From: Nitrospirota bacterium
GTDB lineage: Bacteria > Nitrospirota > Nitrospiria > 2-01-FULL-66-17
Assembly (NCBI GenBank): GCA_049325335.1
Contig: JBMOMC010000007.1
Coordinates: 259,034-323,033 of the forward strand
Direction: 5' to 3'
Length of the DNA: 64,000 nucleotides
Every line of letters starts with the position of its first letter. Positions within the stretch are counted from its first letter, which is position 1. Both the position numbers and the translations under genes were made by a program. Under the pieces are notes generated by a model. That model was not told the DNA's origin. It saw only the letters and a list, made by a program, of their open reading frames with translations, and did not search any database. Positions 37,283 through 47,589 of the stretch are shown in pieces.

Positions 37283-38433
37283 TCGTCGGCGCCTTCGCGC
37301 GGAAACAACTTGAGCACATGGCGAACGATGCGCTCGCTCGCCTTCCCGTCTCCGAATGGATTGCGGGCCGCGCTCATCCGGCGATAATCGCGCGGGTCGT
37401 CGAGCAGGCGTTGGGCCGCCGCCACGATCGTCTCCGCGCGGGCCCCGACCAACCGCGCGGTGCCCGCCTCGACCGCTTCGGGACGTTCGGTGGTGTCCCG
37501 CATCACCAAGACGGGTTTCCCCAGCGACGGCGCCTCCTCCTGGATACCGCCGGAGTCGGTCAAAATCAGATACGCGCGGTCCAGCAGCCGGACAAAGGAC
37601 AGATAGTCCAACGGCTTGACCAACTGGATCTGGCGAAACCCCGCCAATCGTGAAAACGCCACGTCGTGGACGCGCGGATTGAGGTGCACCGGGTACACCA
37701 CGTCCACGTCGGGGTTGCGCGTCACCAGATCGATCAACGCCCGACAAATCTCGTCGAAGGGCTCGCCGAAATTCTCCCGGCGGTGCGCGGTCACCAGCAC
37801 CAGACGCCGACCGGCCGGCCCGCCTCGCGGCACCCGCCCGGCGGACCGTCGCGCCACCCGGAGCGCCACGAACAAGGCGTCGATCCCGGTATTGCCGGTC
37901 ACGATCACCCGTCGCGGATTCACGCCCTCCTGCAACAAGTTGCGCCGGCTGTTGGCGGTGGGCGCGTAGTGGTAGTCCGCCAACACCCCGGTCAAACGCC
38001 GATTGACCTCCTCGGGAAAGGGCTCGTATTTTCGCAAGGTGCGAAGGCCGGCTTCGACGTGTCCGATCGGAATACGCTGATAGAAGGCCGCGAGGCTCGC
38101 CGCGAAGCTGGTCGTGGTATCCCCTTGAACCAGCACCAGATCGGGCTCCTCCTTCACCAACACCTGTTCCATACGAACGAGCACGTTCGCGGTCAGTTCC
38201 GTCAAGGACTGGGCCGGTTTCATGACATGTAACGCATGGTCGGGTTGAATGTCGAAGATATCGAGCACTTGGTTCAACATCTCCCGGTGTTGGCCCGTCA
38301 CGCAGACGACGGGTCGACACGCGCGCGGACGCGCCCACAAGGCGCGGATCACCGGCGCCAGCTTGATCGCTTCGGGCCGCGTGCCGAACGCCACGAACAC
38401 GGTCAGCGGGCGGCGTTTGCGGGTGCGGTTCAT
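37279..38433 (-). CDS. wecB: UDP-N-acetylglucosamine 2-epimerase (non-hydrolysing)
   Basis: GTRPEAIK, TGQHREM, VQGDTT, HVEAGLR, PFPEE, HRREN, TDSGGIQEE and TERPE. Confidence 0.95.
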   Translation of the reverse strand: MNRTRKRRPLTVFVAFGTRPEAIKLAPVIRALWARPRACRPVVCVTGQHREMLNQVLDIFDIQPDHALHVMKPAQSLTELTANVLVRMEQVLVKEEPDLVLVQGDTTTSFAASLAAFYQRIPIGHVEAGLRTLRKYEPFPEEVNRRLTGVLADYHYAPTANSRRNLLQEGVNPRRVIVTGNTGIDALFVALRVARRSAGRVPRGGPAGRRLVLVTAHRRENFGEPFDEICRALIDLVTRNPDVDVVYPVHLNPRVHDVAFSRLAGFRQIQLVKPLDYLSFVRLLDRAYLILTDSGGIQEEAPSLGKPVLVMRDTTERPEAVEAGTARLVGARAETIVAAAQRLLDDPRDYRRMSAARNPFGDGKASERIVRHVLKLFPREGADE

Positions 38434-39587
38434 GAGGCATCCAGCGACACCAACCCGAGCGGGTTGGCGCGTCGCGCCAGGTCTTGATACAACGCCCATG
38501 TTTGGTGGCACATGGTCGAGGCCGCGGACTCCAACTCGTCGCGCCGCGCCGCGACGGTCACGTGCCGAGCCGGACTTCGGCTGAACGCGTACGCGTCGAG
38601 GCATGCCGTCGTCAACGCCGACGCGTCGCGCGGCGGCACGACCCATCCGGTGGGGGGACGCACGATCTCAGGGATGCCCCCCACCGCGCTCGCCACGATC
38701 GGGGTGCCCACCGCGATCGCTTCCAAGATCACCATGGGCAGGCCCTCGGACAACGAGGGCAACACGAACACGTCCATCATGTTCACCAGATCCACGACGT
38801 CGGCGCGAAACCCGGTGAACTCCACCGCGGACTCCACGCGGCGTTCGCGCGCGCGGGCCATGAGCGGCTCGCGCAACGGCCCGTCGCCCACCACGAAAAA
38901 CCGCGCGTCGGGCAACACCTCGCGAATCGCCTGCGCCGCGTCCAAAAAATATTCGATGCCCTTGACCGCGACGAGGCGTCCCGCGGTGCCGAAGACCGGG
39001 GTTCGATCGGTCAGACCGAACCGCGCGCGCACCTCGCCCGGGTCGGCGGTCGGACGGACCCGGTCGAGCACGATGCCGTTCTGGATGAAGGCCACCCGGT
39101 CGCCGGGGTACGAGCGAATCAGGTTCGCATACATCTCGTGGGAGACCGCGATAATCCAGTGCGTCGCGAATCGGCCGAACAAAAAGTCCACGCCCTTATA
39201 CGCGCCCATCTTGAGCCGATCAACGCCGGTGAACGGTTCGGTGTACCCGTGTTCGGTCCGCACGAACCACCGGACTCCGACCCTCCGCCCGGCCAGCCCG
39301 CCCACGATATTGGCCTTGTATCCGTGGGTATGGAGGATGTCGACAGGCCGATCGCGCAGCGCGGCCGCCACACCGCTCACCAGTCTTCCGCCGCGTCGGC
39401 CAGCGTCGACGACCGCCGCCGCGACGCCCAACCGACGGAACTCGTCGGCCAATCGTCCTTCCGAGAATAGAATCGCGGAGAGTTCAAGATCGTGACAGCG
39501 CACGAGGCCGTCCGCCAAGTGCGCGCACTGCACCTCGGCTCCCGCCCAGTGCTCCCCGTCCATCAGATGACAGACCCGGATCGCCAC
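38430..39587 (-). CDS. Glycosyltransferase family 4
   Basis: GAEVQ, GRLVAVKG and PSLSEGLPMVILEA. Confidence 0.9.
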   Translation of the reverse strand: MAIRVCHLMDGEHWAGAEVQCAHLADGLVRCHDLELSAILFSEGRLADEFRRLGVAAAVVDAGRRGGRLVSGVAAALRDRPVDILHTHGYKANIVGGLAGRRVGVRWFVRTEHGYTEPFTGVDRLKMGAYKGVDFLFGRFATHWIIAVSHEMYANLIRSYPGDRVAFIQNGIVLDRVRPTADPGEVRARFGLTDRTPVFGTAGRLVAVKGIEYFLDAAQAIREVLPDARFFVVGDGPLREPLMARARERRVESAVEFTGFRADVVDLVNMMDVFVLPSLSEGLPMVILEAIAVGTPIVASAVGGIPEIVRPPTGWVVPPRDASALTTACLDAYAFSRSPARHVTVAARRDELESAASTMCHQTWALYQDLARRANPLGLVSLDAS

Positions 39588-39590
39588 GGA

Positions 39591-40766
39591 TTACGCGCGC
39601 TCCCGGGTAACCGCGCCGCGCGATCGGTCGCCGTCGCGGGTGGTGGGTTCCCACACGATGAACCGCTCGCCCCGCGCGTACTTGCCCCACGCCAACAGAA
39701 TCGCCAGGTTGGACATACAAAAAAAGTACGGCACCCTCACGAGCGCAGCCGACCGCCACGACGGCAGAAGGTATCCCAAGAGCGCGATCCCGTAAAACAG
39801 GACTTGGGCCGCGACCAGCGTCCGGAAGACCGGGCCGTCGGGAGCCAGGGCCAGACTGGAGGCGAACACCCCCAGCAATAGGAACGGCACCATCCAGCGC
39901 AACAGTTTATGGCTGATCAATTGCCAGGCAAACACGGGATAGGCGATCGGGTTGAGCAGCGCGCGTTGCGCAACCAACACCGCGATACCCCGTGTACTGG
40001 TTCGGATCTTCCGCCGCAATTCCTGCCCATGAGAAGGCACCACCCACGAATAGGCCGCTGCACGGGGCTCGCAGACCCCGCGGTACCCGGCCTTGACCGT
40101 GTTGAGCAACATATAAAAATCGCTGGCAAACCCCACCGGCCAGTCCCGACACAGGCTCTTTCGGACCGCAAACAGCCATCCGCTCATCCCCACCACCGAG
40201 TTGACCCGACTCTCCAGCCGCCGCAGCCAGGTTTCATACCGCACGTACGCGCCCTCCCCGACCACGTCCCCGGTCTCATTGAGCACCCGGTCTTCCCCGG
40301 TCACGCAGCCGACCCGGTGGTCGGCAAAGTGCGCTGCCACGTACCGGAGCGTCGGGGGATCAACGAGAATGCCGGCGTCGGTGAACACCACGATCTCCCC
40401 GGTGGCGGATTCAGCCGCCCGTTTCTGCGCGGCTTCTTTTCCCAGTCGCGTGGGCGAGGCGACCAACCGAAGCCTGGGATGGGCAAACCGCGCCACGATG
40501 TCATGGGTCGCATCGGTGGAACAATCCGACGCGACGATCAGCTCCAATTTGTCCTCGGGATAATCCAGCGCGCGGCAGTTTTCGAGTTTGCGCTGGATGA
40601 TGCGCTCGCCGTTATACACGCTCACCACCAAGCTCACGGTCGGGAGGACGCTCTCCCGCGAAACGGTCTGATCCCTCCTTCGAGCCAACCCGACCAACAG
40701 CAGCGGGTAGCCGACATACGTATACGCAACGGCGGCGATCATGCCCACGAGCAGCGCCTCGATCAT
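39591..40766 (-). CDS. Glycosyltransferase family 2 (membrane-associated)
   Basis: SVYNGE, SDCSTD, FTDAG, SDF and C-terminal TM helices. Confidence 0.9.
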   Translation of the reverse strand: MIEALLVGMIAAVAYTYVGYPLLLVGLARRRDQTVSRESVLPTVSLVVSVYNGERIIQRKLENCRALDYPEDKLELIVASDCSTDATHDIVARFAHPRLRLVASPTRLGKEAAQKRAAESATGEIVVFTDAGILVDPPTLRYVAAHFADHRVGCVTGEDRVLNETGDVVGEGAYVRYETWLRRLESRVNSVVGMSGWLFAVRKSLCRDWPVGFASDFYMLLNTVKAGYRGVCEPRAAAYSWVVPSHGQELRRKIRTSTRGIAVLVAQRALLNPIAYPVFAWQLISHKLLRWMVPFLLLGVFASSLALAPDGPVFRTLVAAQVLFYGIALLGYLLPSWRSAALVRVPYFFCMSNLAILLAWGKYARGERFIVWEPTTRDGDRSRGAVTRERA

Positions 40767-41902
40767 GTCGGTCGATCCGTTCCCGGCTCACCGAGCGTGC
40801 GAGCGAACAGCCGCTCATAACGCTCAACCATGGCGTCGGCGCTGAAGCGACGTTGAATATCCGCCTGCGCCCGCGTCACCATCTCCGACGCCGTCTCGCG
40901 TTCCATCAACAACCGGATAATGCGATCCGCGATCAAATCCGGCCGCTCCGGAGGCAGCAAAAATCCCGTGACGCCGTCCTGCACCACTTCGGTGTTACCT
41001 CCAACGCTGGTGGCCACCACCGGGCAACCCGAGGCCATGGCCTCCAGCAACGACAGCGGCAAGCCCTCCGACAACGACGGCAACACGAACAGATCGCTCA
41101 TGCCCAAGAGCGTGGGCACGTCTTGCCGATATCCCAAAAACCGAACCGACTGGGTCAACTCGAGTTGCTGAACCTCTCGTTCCAATTCCGCGCGCAAATG
41201 GCCGTGGCCCACCAGGAGGCACGTGGCCGAGGGCACGCGTTTGAGGATCGCGGGCATCGCGCGGATCAAATACCGCTGGCCTTTGACGGGATACAAGCTG
41301 CCGACCGCCGTGATCACCCGATCATTTGGGGCGATCCCCAGCTCCAGGCGCAGGTCGGACGAGGCGCCGTTGCGATGGTAGGCGCCGAGATCAATGCCAT
41401 TGTAGATGGTCTCGACTCGCGCGGCCGACACCCCGACCGTGTCGTTCAGAAACGCGGCCACCGCGTTGGACACCGCCACGATCCGATCGCACGGCCGCGA
41501 CAGCCACCGGAACCTGGCTTGCCGGCGCCGGCTGACCGCCAAGTACTCGCGGCCGTGAACGGTCGCGATCAGCGGGGGCGTTGTCACGCACCGAATGACG
41601 GCGCCGCCGACGATGGATCCGAACTCATGCGCGTGCACGATCTGCACGCGCCGTTGCCTGATGAACCGGGCGATCTCGATGAACGGACGAGGGTCCCACT
41701 TGTTCGCCCACGGGAACAATGCGACTTCGACCCCCCGGCGCGTTAACTGGTCGTAGAGCCATCCCTCGCGAAACAGGCCCACCACCACGTCATGGCCGCG
41801 ATCGACCAGACCGCGCGAGAGATTCACGATCATCTGCTCCGCGCCGCCCGGGCCGGTGTCGTGATACAGCTGGACGATCCGTAGGCCCGCCACCCGACTC
41901 AC
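40763..41902 (-). CDS. Glycosyltransferase family 4
   Basis: GGAEQM, VGSLYPVKG and PSLSEGLPLSLLEAM. Confidence 0.9.
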   Translation of the reverse strand: MSRVAGLRIVQLYHDTGPGGAEQMIVNLSRGLVDRGHDVVVGLFREGWLYDQLTRRGVEVALFPWANKWDPRPFIEIARFIRQRRVQIVHAHEFGSIVGGAVIRCVTTPPLIATVHGREYLAVSRRRQARFRWLSRPCDRIVAVSNAVAAFLNDTVGVSAARVETIYNGIDLGAYHRNGASSDLRLELGIAPNDRVITAVGSLYPVKGQRYLIRAMPAILKRVPSATCLLVGHGHLRAELEREVQQLELTQSVRFLGYRQDVPTLLGMSDLFVLPSLSEGLPLSLLEAMASGCPVVATSVGGNTEVVQDGVTGFLLPPERPDLIADRIIRLLMERETASEMVTRAQADIQRRFSADAMVERYERLFARTLGEPGTDRPT

Positions 41903-42978
41903 CCCCGTCGCAACAACCCGGTTGCGCCGCTGAGTTTAAACGCGAATCGGCTCGGCGAAAAGGTCCGCAGCAACCCGGCGGAGGACCCGTCGTCCATACA
42001 AAACGCGGGCAACACCTTCGACGAGTGATACCGTTCGTTCCCGGGCTTGACCGACAAAAACACGACCCGGTATCCGGCCTCCCACACCATGCCGAGCAAG
42101 GCGTCGGAACAGTTGCCGTTGGGAAACGCCATGGACTCCACGGGACACCCCAATTGCTTCTCGATGTCGGCCTTTGATCCGACCAATTCGCCCCTCGCGT
42201 CTTCAGCGGTCAATTGCGTCAATATGCGATGGCTGCGGGAATGTGCGCCCATGGCGACCCCGCCGCGCCGCAATTCACGCACTTCATCCCAGTTCAGCAT
42301 GAGCCGACCTTCGGGGCCTTGCGCCGGGGCGTCGAGACACGCGGCCAACCGCGACACCACCGCCTCGATCTCCGCGATCGGGAACCGTTTCATGATTTCG
42401 AGGAGCGGGTCCGCGTGGCGCGGAACCAACGGAGTCCCGATCCTGCGCAGTCTGACCAGCTCGGCCCACACCGCGTCGGGACACCCGTCGAACGGCCGGT
42501 CCTCGGGACGGAACCGACGGAACGCGTCGGAGACCACCAGGGGGATTAACCGGCTGTACCAAAAACTGTCGGTGGTACCGATGTAGTCGGAGGTTAACAA
42601 GATCGTGGCGGGCGCGCGGTACCGCTGCAGCACCGGAAACGCCACGTCGTAGTTGTCGCGCCAGCCGTCGTCGAACGTAATGATACAGGCCCGCGCGGGC
42701 ATCGGACGGCGGCGCTCACAGAGGTCGATCACCTCGGGTAGGTCCATGATTCGCCATCGCCGACTCAGGTACCGAATCTGTCGTTCAAAGGTATCGCGGG
42801 TCACCACCATCCCATGCGGAGCGGTGGTGACCATGTCCAGGGGTTGAGCCACCACCCGGTGGTACCCAATTACGGAAACCCCCGAGCCCAGACGCGAACG
42901 CTGCACGGATTTCAACAACGAGATCCCGCCGCTGTAGTAAAGCGCTCCACACGCGAGTGATTTGAGCAATTCTTTCAT
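41899..42978 (-). CDS. Polysaccharide deacetylase (CE4/NodB)
   Basis: YHRV, TFDDGW.DNY, AHSRSH and AFPNG; start at MKELL 42978. Confidence 0.88.
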   Translation of the reverse strand: MKELLKSLACGALYYSGGISLLKSVQRSRLGSGVSVIGYHRVVAQPLDMVTTAPHGMVVTRDTFERQIRYLSRRWRIMDLPEVIDLCERRRPMPARACIITFDDGWRDNYDVAFPVLQRYRAPATILLTSDYIGTTDSFWYSRLIPLVVSDAFRRFRPEDRPFDGCPDAVWAELVRLRRIGTPLVPRHADPLLEIMKRFPIAEIEAVVSRLAACLDAPAQGPEGRLMLNWDEVRELRRGGVAMGAHSRSHRILTQLTAEDARGELVGSKADIEKQLGCPVESMAFPNGNCSDALLGMVWEAGYRVVFLSVKPGNERYHSSKVLPAFCMDDGSSAGLLRTFSPSRFAFKLSGATGLLRRG

Positions 42979-42979
42979 A

Positions 42980-44029
42980 TCACGCCGGGATCGCCCCGCG
43001 CAGCCAGGGCCCCACGTACCGGGTAACCCCGACCGGCAACCGTTTCCAACACGCGATAAACATTTGCTCTCGCCAACCTCCATCGGAAAAGGCGGGAACC
43101 GACCCGCCGGAAAACGCCACGTTGTACCACGGCAACGGCACCGGCCGGGCGCCCCATTGCCGCTTGAACTCGTACGTGCCGGAGTCCTTGGTGGACCGCC
43201 CGAAGTCCAACACTGAATACCCGTTCTCGCACCCGTGTTCGATCACGCCCCAATACAGCAGCATGTTCGGGTTCTGCTTGAAAAACCGGCGACGGGACGA
43301 CACCCACGGCACCAGGATGGTGTCCCGGAACCCCAGGCACCAGGCCGCGCCGATGACCTGCCCCTCGAATTCGACCAACACGAATCGGCCGTGCTCGCCC
43401 AATGCCTCGACCGCGATGTCAAAAAAGAACCGACTGTGAACGGGCGACCCCAGGTCGCGCATGTTCTCGACGAACACGTCATAAAACGCATCGAGACTTT
43501 CCGGCCCGCCCCACCGGACCGTGACCCCGGACTGACGCGCCCGCTTGATGCGGTTCCTGCGTTCGGTCGGCAAGCGCTTCCAAATCAGCTCGTGGTCACG
43601 GCTCAGATCCAGGAGCATGGTCACCTTGTTGGTCATCACCTGCACGCCGGGCACCGCCAATGCGCCGTGCGAAGTAAAGGGGCTTTGTCGGATCTGGAGA
43701 TAGTCCGCGCGCACCTCGCATCCCAACCGCACGGCTTCGTCCATCAACCTGGAAAATACCTCCGGTGTATCCGTCCCGCAGACGCCCGCGTAGTCACAAT
43801 ACGGCATCGACACTAGGGCCCGACCGAACAGCCGGCTGTTGACCAGCACCAGGGGTAACACCGCAAGTGGGGTGCCTCCCTCGGTCGCCATCAAATAATG
43901 CGCCTGATGGCCGTACGCCCGTTGGATCACGGATCGCCATTCCTGGAGGTGAAACACCGACGCACCGCCGGACTCCGAAACCAGACGGTTCCAGGATGGC
44001 TCGACTCGATCGCAGCGCTCGACCTTCAC
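42980..44029 (-). CDS. FemAB-related GNAT-fold protein of exosortase/PEP-CTERM EPS loci
   Basis: FH..EW......YGH, SRLFG..LVSMPY, MRDLGSPV, PNMLLYW, DFGRS and FKRQWGA. Confidence 0.85.
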   Translation of the reverse strand: MKVERCDRVEPSWNRLVSESGGASVFHLQEWRSVIQRAYGHQAHYLMATEGGTPLAVLPLVLVNSRLFGRALVSMPYCDYAGVCGTDTPEVFSRLMDEAVRLGCEVRADYLQIRQSPFTSHGALAVPGVQVMTNKVTMLLDLSRDHELIWKRLPTERRNRIKRARQSGVTVRWGGPESLDAFYDVFVENMRDLGSPVHSRFFFDIAVEALGEHGRFVLVEFEGQVIGAAWCLGFRDTILVPWVSSRRRFFKQNPNMLLYWGVIEHGCENGYSVLDFGRSTKDSGTYEFKRQWGARPVPLPWYNVAFSGGSVPAFSDGGWREQMFIACWKRLPVGVTRYVGPWLRGAIPA

Positions 44030-44030
44030 G

Positions 44031-45311
44031 TCACGCTCGCTGGTACACCGGGGTCATGTCGAGTTCCGCGGTCTGGGCGGCGGGCGCGACCCGCTCAGCG
44101 CGCTCCTTTGCGATGTGAGTGAGAATCAAGGTGAACGCGGCGTTAAACCACAGATGGGGGTAGTAGGCGGCGGACAACAACGCGCCCCCCACCAGAAAGG
44201 CCAACAAGCTGGCTTGGGCGGCATGGGCCGCGGCCCGGATGAATCTCGCGTCCTCGGGGTCGCCGAATTCCGCCGGTTCGCGCGCAAGGATCGCGCGTTG
44301 CGCTTTGAACGAGGAGATGATCAAGGCGATCAACAGCACGAGGCCCACGAACCCCAACTCGCCCATGATCTGAAAATAGACGCTGTGTGCGGTAAACAGA
44401 GTGCGGTTCCGCGCTTCCGGCGGCTTGTACTTCACGCGGTACCCCGTGACGAAATTTCCCGGCCCCATCCCCAGCAACGGGTTATCGACTGCCATATTCC
44501 ATCCGGCTTTCCACGCCCAGAAACGGCTCTGGGCATTGTTGTCCTCTTGGAAGCTCCCGATGGTTTCAATCCGGTCCCAATACGTCTGCGGCACCACCGC
44601 GGCGACCACGACCATCAGCACAACGCCGATCGCCATCAACCCAAATCGGCGCCTGGTCTTGACCACAAAGTGCAGCGACAACACGAGCAACGTGAGGAAT
44701 CCTCCGCGGGAAAACGTGAACATACTGGCCACGGTGAGGAGTCCCACGCAGCCGAACAAGGACCATCGCGCCAACCGCGTTTGCGCCGCGGTGCCGAGAA
44801 AATAGGCGTAGGGAATAATGACGTTGACGGCCAGCGAGTAGTCGTTGGTATCCCCGAGAAAATTGCTCAATGTACCCTTGAGGCCCTTGCGATCCGCGCG
44901 GTCGGACTCGGTGTAAAAGCCCTGGAGCCCCTCCAGCCCGACCCCAACATGGATCACGATCAGCGCATAGAGCAACCCCTTGAACTTGGGAAGCGAATCC
45001 ACCACGTTGACCAGAAATACCGTGAACAGGACGACCTTGGCGAACGCGAACCAGGCGTCATACGCGGTGAGCTTGATATACGCGAAGACTCCCGACAACC
45101 CCATAAACGCCAGGATGATGAACATCTGTTTCATCTGGCCGCCCAGGATCAACGGCCGTCCTTGCCGACGCATGAGATAGACCGTCCCCGAGATCATGGC
45201 GAGCAGCCCCAAGACGATCAGCGGCCGGAACGGGGCGAGTGCGGGGAATTTGATCCCGGGTTGAAGATACAACGCGGCAAGATACCCCAAGATGGCGCAG
45301 TAAGCGATCAT
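44031..45311 (-). CDS. O-antigen ligase/Wzy-family protein
   Basis: Multi-TM with D.ND, T.SRGG, SR...W..G..M..DNP..G.GPGNF and AHSVYF...GELG; start at 45311. Confidence 0.85.
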   Translation of the reverse strand: MIAYCAILGYLAALYLQPGIKFPALAPFRPLIVLGLLAMISGTVYLMRRQGRPLILGGQMKQMFIILAFMGLSGVFAYIKLTAYDAWFAFAKVVLFTVFLVNVVDSLPKFKGLLYALIVIHVGVGLEGLQGFYTESDRADRKGLKGTLSNFLGDTNDYSLAVNVIIPYAYFLGTAAQTRLARWSLFGCVGLLTVASMFTFSRGGFLTLLVLSLHFVVKTRRRFGLMAIGVVLMVVVAAVVPQTYWDRIETIGSFQEDNNAQSRFWAWKAGWNMAVDNPLLGMGPGNFVTGYRVKYKPPEARNRTLFTAHSVYFQIMGELGFVGLVLLIALIISSFKAQRAILAREPAEFGDPEDARFIRAAAHAAQASLLAFLVGGALLSAAYYPHLWFNAAFTLILTHIAKERAERVAPAAQTAELDMTPVYQRA

Positions 45312-46453
45312 TGAGGCGGCAAGTCCCGCACGTGGCGTCCTGCGCGAGCATCCCCTTGGCTCGCCCGTGCTGGCTCCATCGCATACACATTCAACCAGTC
45401 CCGAATGATCAGCGGGAGCGACGCATTCCCGACGGTGACTCTCGCCAAGCCGAAGACGTCCACGCCAAGTCCCACGGTCCCCGGTCCGATCACGCAGCCG
45501 TACCGAAACCCGACCCGTCGCGCGATCCGTTTGACCGACTCGGTGTACGTGCCCGGCACCCCCCAAGGGTATGCCAACCCGACGATCGGCGCGCCAAACT
45601 TTTCATCGAGGATTGTTTTGGACGTCCGTAATTCGTCTTCCACCTCCGCGTCGGTCAACAGGGCAAGGTTGCGGTGTGAGTGGGTATGGGCTTCGATCGA
45701 AATGCCGTGATTCCGCATCTCCAGAATCTGCTTCCAGGTCAACAACAGATCCGAACCGGTCTCTTGCGGATCGGATGTTTTCAGCGCGGCTCGAAGTGCC
45801 GCAAGCGTTTCGGGCAAACGGTCTGGAGGAAGACAACGCATCCGTTCGTTTACCACTTCCGAGGCTTCGGTCTTGTGCCGCCTGGTGATCAGCGGGATCA
45901 CGGCGTCGCGCCCACCGGTCACCCAATGCTCTCGGTGGGGCGGTAGTGAGCCGAGATCGAGCGCTTCCTGCGTCGTGCTGCGCAACATCGCGAACACCTG
46001 GTCCCACCAGAACATGCGCCCGGAATCCACCATTCCGGTCGGCACAAAGATGGTGGCCGGAATGCGGTACCGAGCGAGAATGGGAAAGGCGTGTAGGTAG
46101 TTGTCCTGATAGCCGTCATCAAACGTGACCGCGATCGCCCGCGGAGGCAGCGGGGTGTCGAGGTGGACGTGTTCGGCCAACTCCGCGAGCGACACCGGAT
46201 TCATTTCCTCCCGGATAAACCGCATATGGCCTTCAAACCGCGCCGCACTCACGCCGTGTTCAAATCCGTTCGCCCAGACGTCTCCGCGCGCCGCGTCCGG
46301 CCCACCGACTCGGTGATACGCCAGGATGATCGCGCGATTCCGGACCCGACGGATGCGCGCACGGTAATATCCGCTATAAAACAGCGCAGAAGCGATGGGT
46401 GGCTTACTGATCTGCTTCGCGTGATGAAGCCAACTCAATGGCTGATCCGACAT
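45308..46453 (-). CDS. Polysaccharide deacetylase (CE4/NodB)
   Basis: YHRV, TFDDGYQDNY, HTHSH and AYPWG. Confidence 0.88.
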   Translation of the reverse strand: MSDQPLSWLHHAKQISKPPIASALFYSGYYRARIRRVRNRAIILAYHRVGGPDAARGDVWANGFEHGVSAARFEGHMRFIREEMNPVSLAELAEHVHLDTPLPPRAIAVTFDDGYQDNYLHAFPILARYRIPATIFVPTGMVDSGRMFWWDQVFAMLRSTTQEALDLGSLPPHREHWVTGGRDAVIPLITRRHKTEASEVVNERMRCLPPDRLPETLAALRAALKTSDPQETGSDLLLTWKQILEMRNHGISIEAHTHSHRNLALLTDAEVEDELRTSKTILDEKFGAPIVGLAYPWGVPGTYTESVKRIARRVGFRYGCVIGPGTVGLGVDVFGLARVTVGNASLPLIIRDWLNVYAMEPARASQGDARAGRHVRDLPPQ

Positions 46454-47589
46454 CAGGTCGACCCCTGCAACACGCCTTGAGCGCTCCGCCAAATTTTCTT
46501 CAGCGCTCGTTCGGCGAAATCTGAGGTCTGAAACAACGCGTACCGCCCGCGATGGTTAATGACGTGGAGTGAGATGGACTTACGTTCGTCGGAAGTCCAT
46601 CGATATTTATACGCTTCATCGCCGCGCAGGAAATCGTACACCTTCAGTCCACCCTCCCAACTGTCCCGAATTGCGTGCCGAAAGAGACAGGTGCCTACCC
46701 CACGACGTTGCCATTCCGGATTAAACCCGCTCAAGTAACCGTACACTCGCGAGCCATGGACAAAATTGAGGTTCAGGGCGATAAACTCGCCTCCGACCGC
46801 GACGTAATAGAGACGCAGCCATCCCCCTTGCAGGGCGATCCGCGTAATCTCCGCAACGAAGCGGCAGAACCGTTCATTCCCCAGGCTCGGCGCGCCGTCC
46901 TTGCTCAACACGCGTTCTCGGTTTAATCGCACCAATGCGTCCACCGCGCACTCCAAAACGTCGGGGCTTTGGACCACGCCGAATTCGGCGCCGGCCGCGT
47001 CCAACGCCTTGACATACTTCTTGAGGTCCCGAAATTTTCGGTGAGCGCGTTCTTCGTACACGGCCCACGGTTGATCCAACCGCAGGTAGGGACAGACCGC
47101 GCAGGGTTGCGTGTTGCCCCGTAAACCGGCCGCTTGAAAGATTTCGGCGAAGGCCGAGCCGGTCCGTGACCCGTCGGACACGTCGGTCAACCGGGCCGCG
47201 TCCCATTCGTTCCGTCGCCGGAGCAGTTCGGTCCCCACCGCGTCGTGAACCTCCCCCTCCCGCCCGCGTCGGCTCACCACGTCCAGCGCGTCGGACCACA
47301 CGGGCGAGCCGGACCCGAGCCACTCCAACACCCGTAGCCCCGCGCCCCCGGCGGACCGATGCCGCACGATCCGCAAGGGCGCAAACCCGATCAGCGCGCC
47401 GTCGGCATCCCGCGCGCAGAGCACGAATAATCGTCCGTCCGATCCGAAATGCCGTTGCCACGTGGACAACCACTCCCAGGTGACGAACAGGGAATCCGCG
47501 TCGCTCTCCGCCACCACGCGGCGCCACTCGTCAGACAGATTCCGGAAGTCGGCCTCTTCGCCGACGCACTCAACGGACAGCCCAGTCAC
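46453..47589 (-). CDS. CelD/BcsL-like GNAT acyltransferase
   Basis: F.TWEW...W, G.APL, GWLRL, GVGT.L and DFLRGDEAYK.RW. Confidence 0.85.
   Translation of the reverse strand: MTGLSVECVGEEADFRNLSDEWRRVVAESDADSLFVTWEWLSTWQRHFGSDGRLFVLCARDADGALIGFAPLRIVRHRSAGGAGLRVLEWLGSGSPVWSDALDVVSRRGREGEVHDAVGTELLRRRNEWDAARLTDVSDGSRTGSAFAEIFQAAGLRGNTQPCAVCPYLRLDQPWAVYEERAHRKFRDLKKYVKALDAAGAEFGVVQSPDVLECAVDALVRLNRERVLSKDGAPSLGNERFCRFVAEITRIALQGGWLRLYYVAVGGEFIALNLNFVHGSRVYGYLSGFNPEWQRRGVGTCLFRHAIRDSWEGGLKVYDFLRGDEAYKYRWTSDERKSISLHVINHRGRYALFQTSDFAERALKKIWRSAQGVLQGST

Noticed and set aside
36056..38440. 794-aa ORF suggesting a large fusion glycosyltransferase
   Set aside because: The N-terminal half is an off-frame overlap of wecB. 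The real GT4 starts at 37282 with an ATGA overlap.
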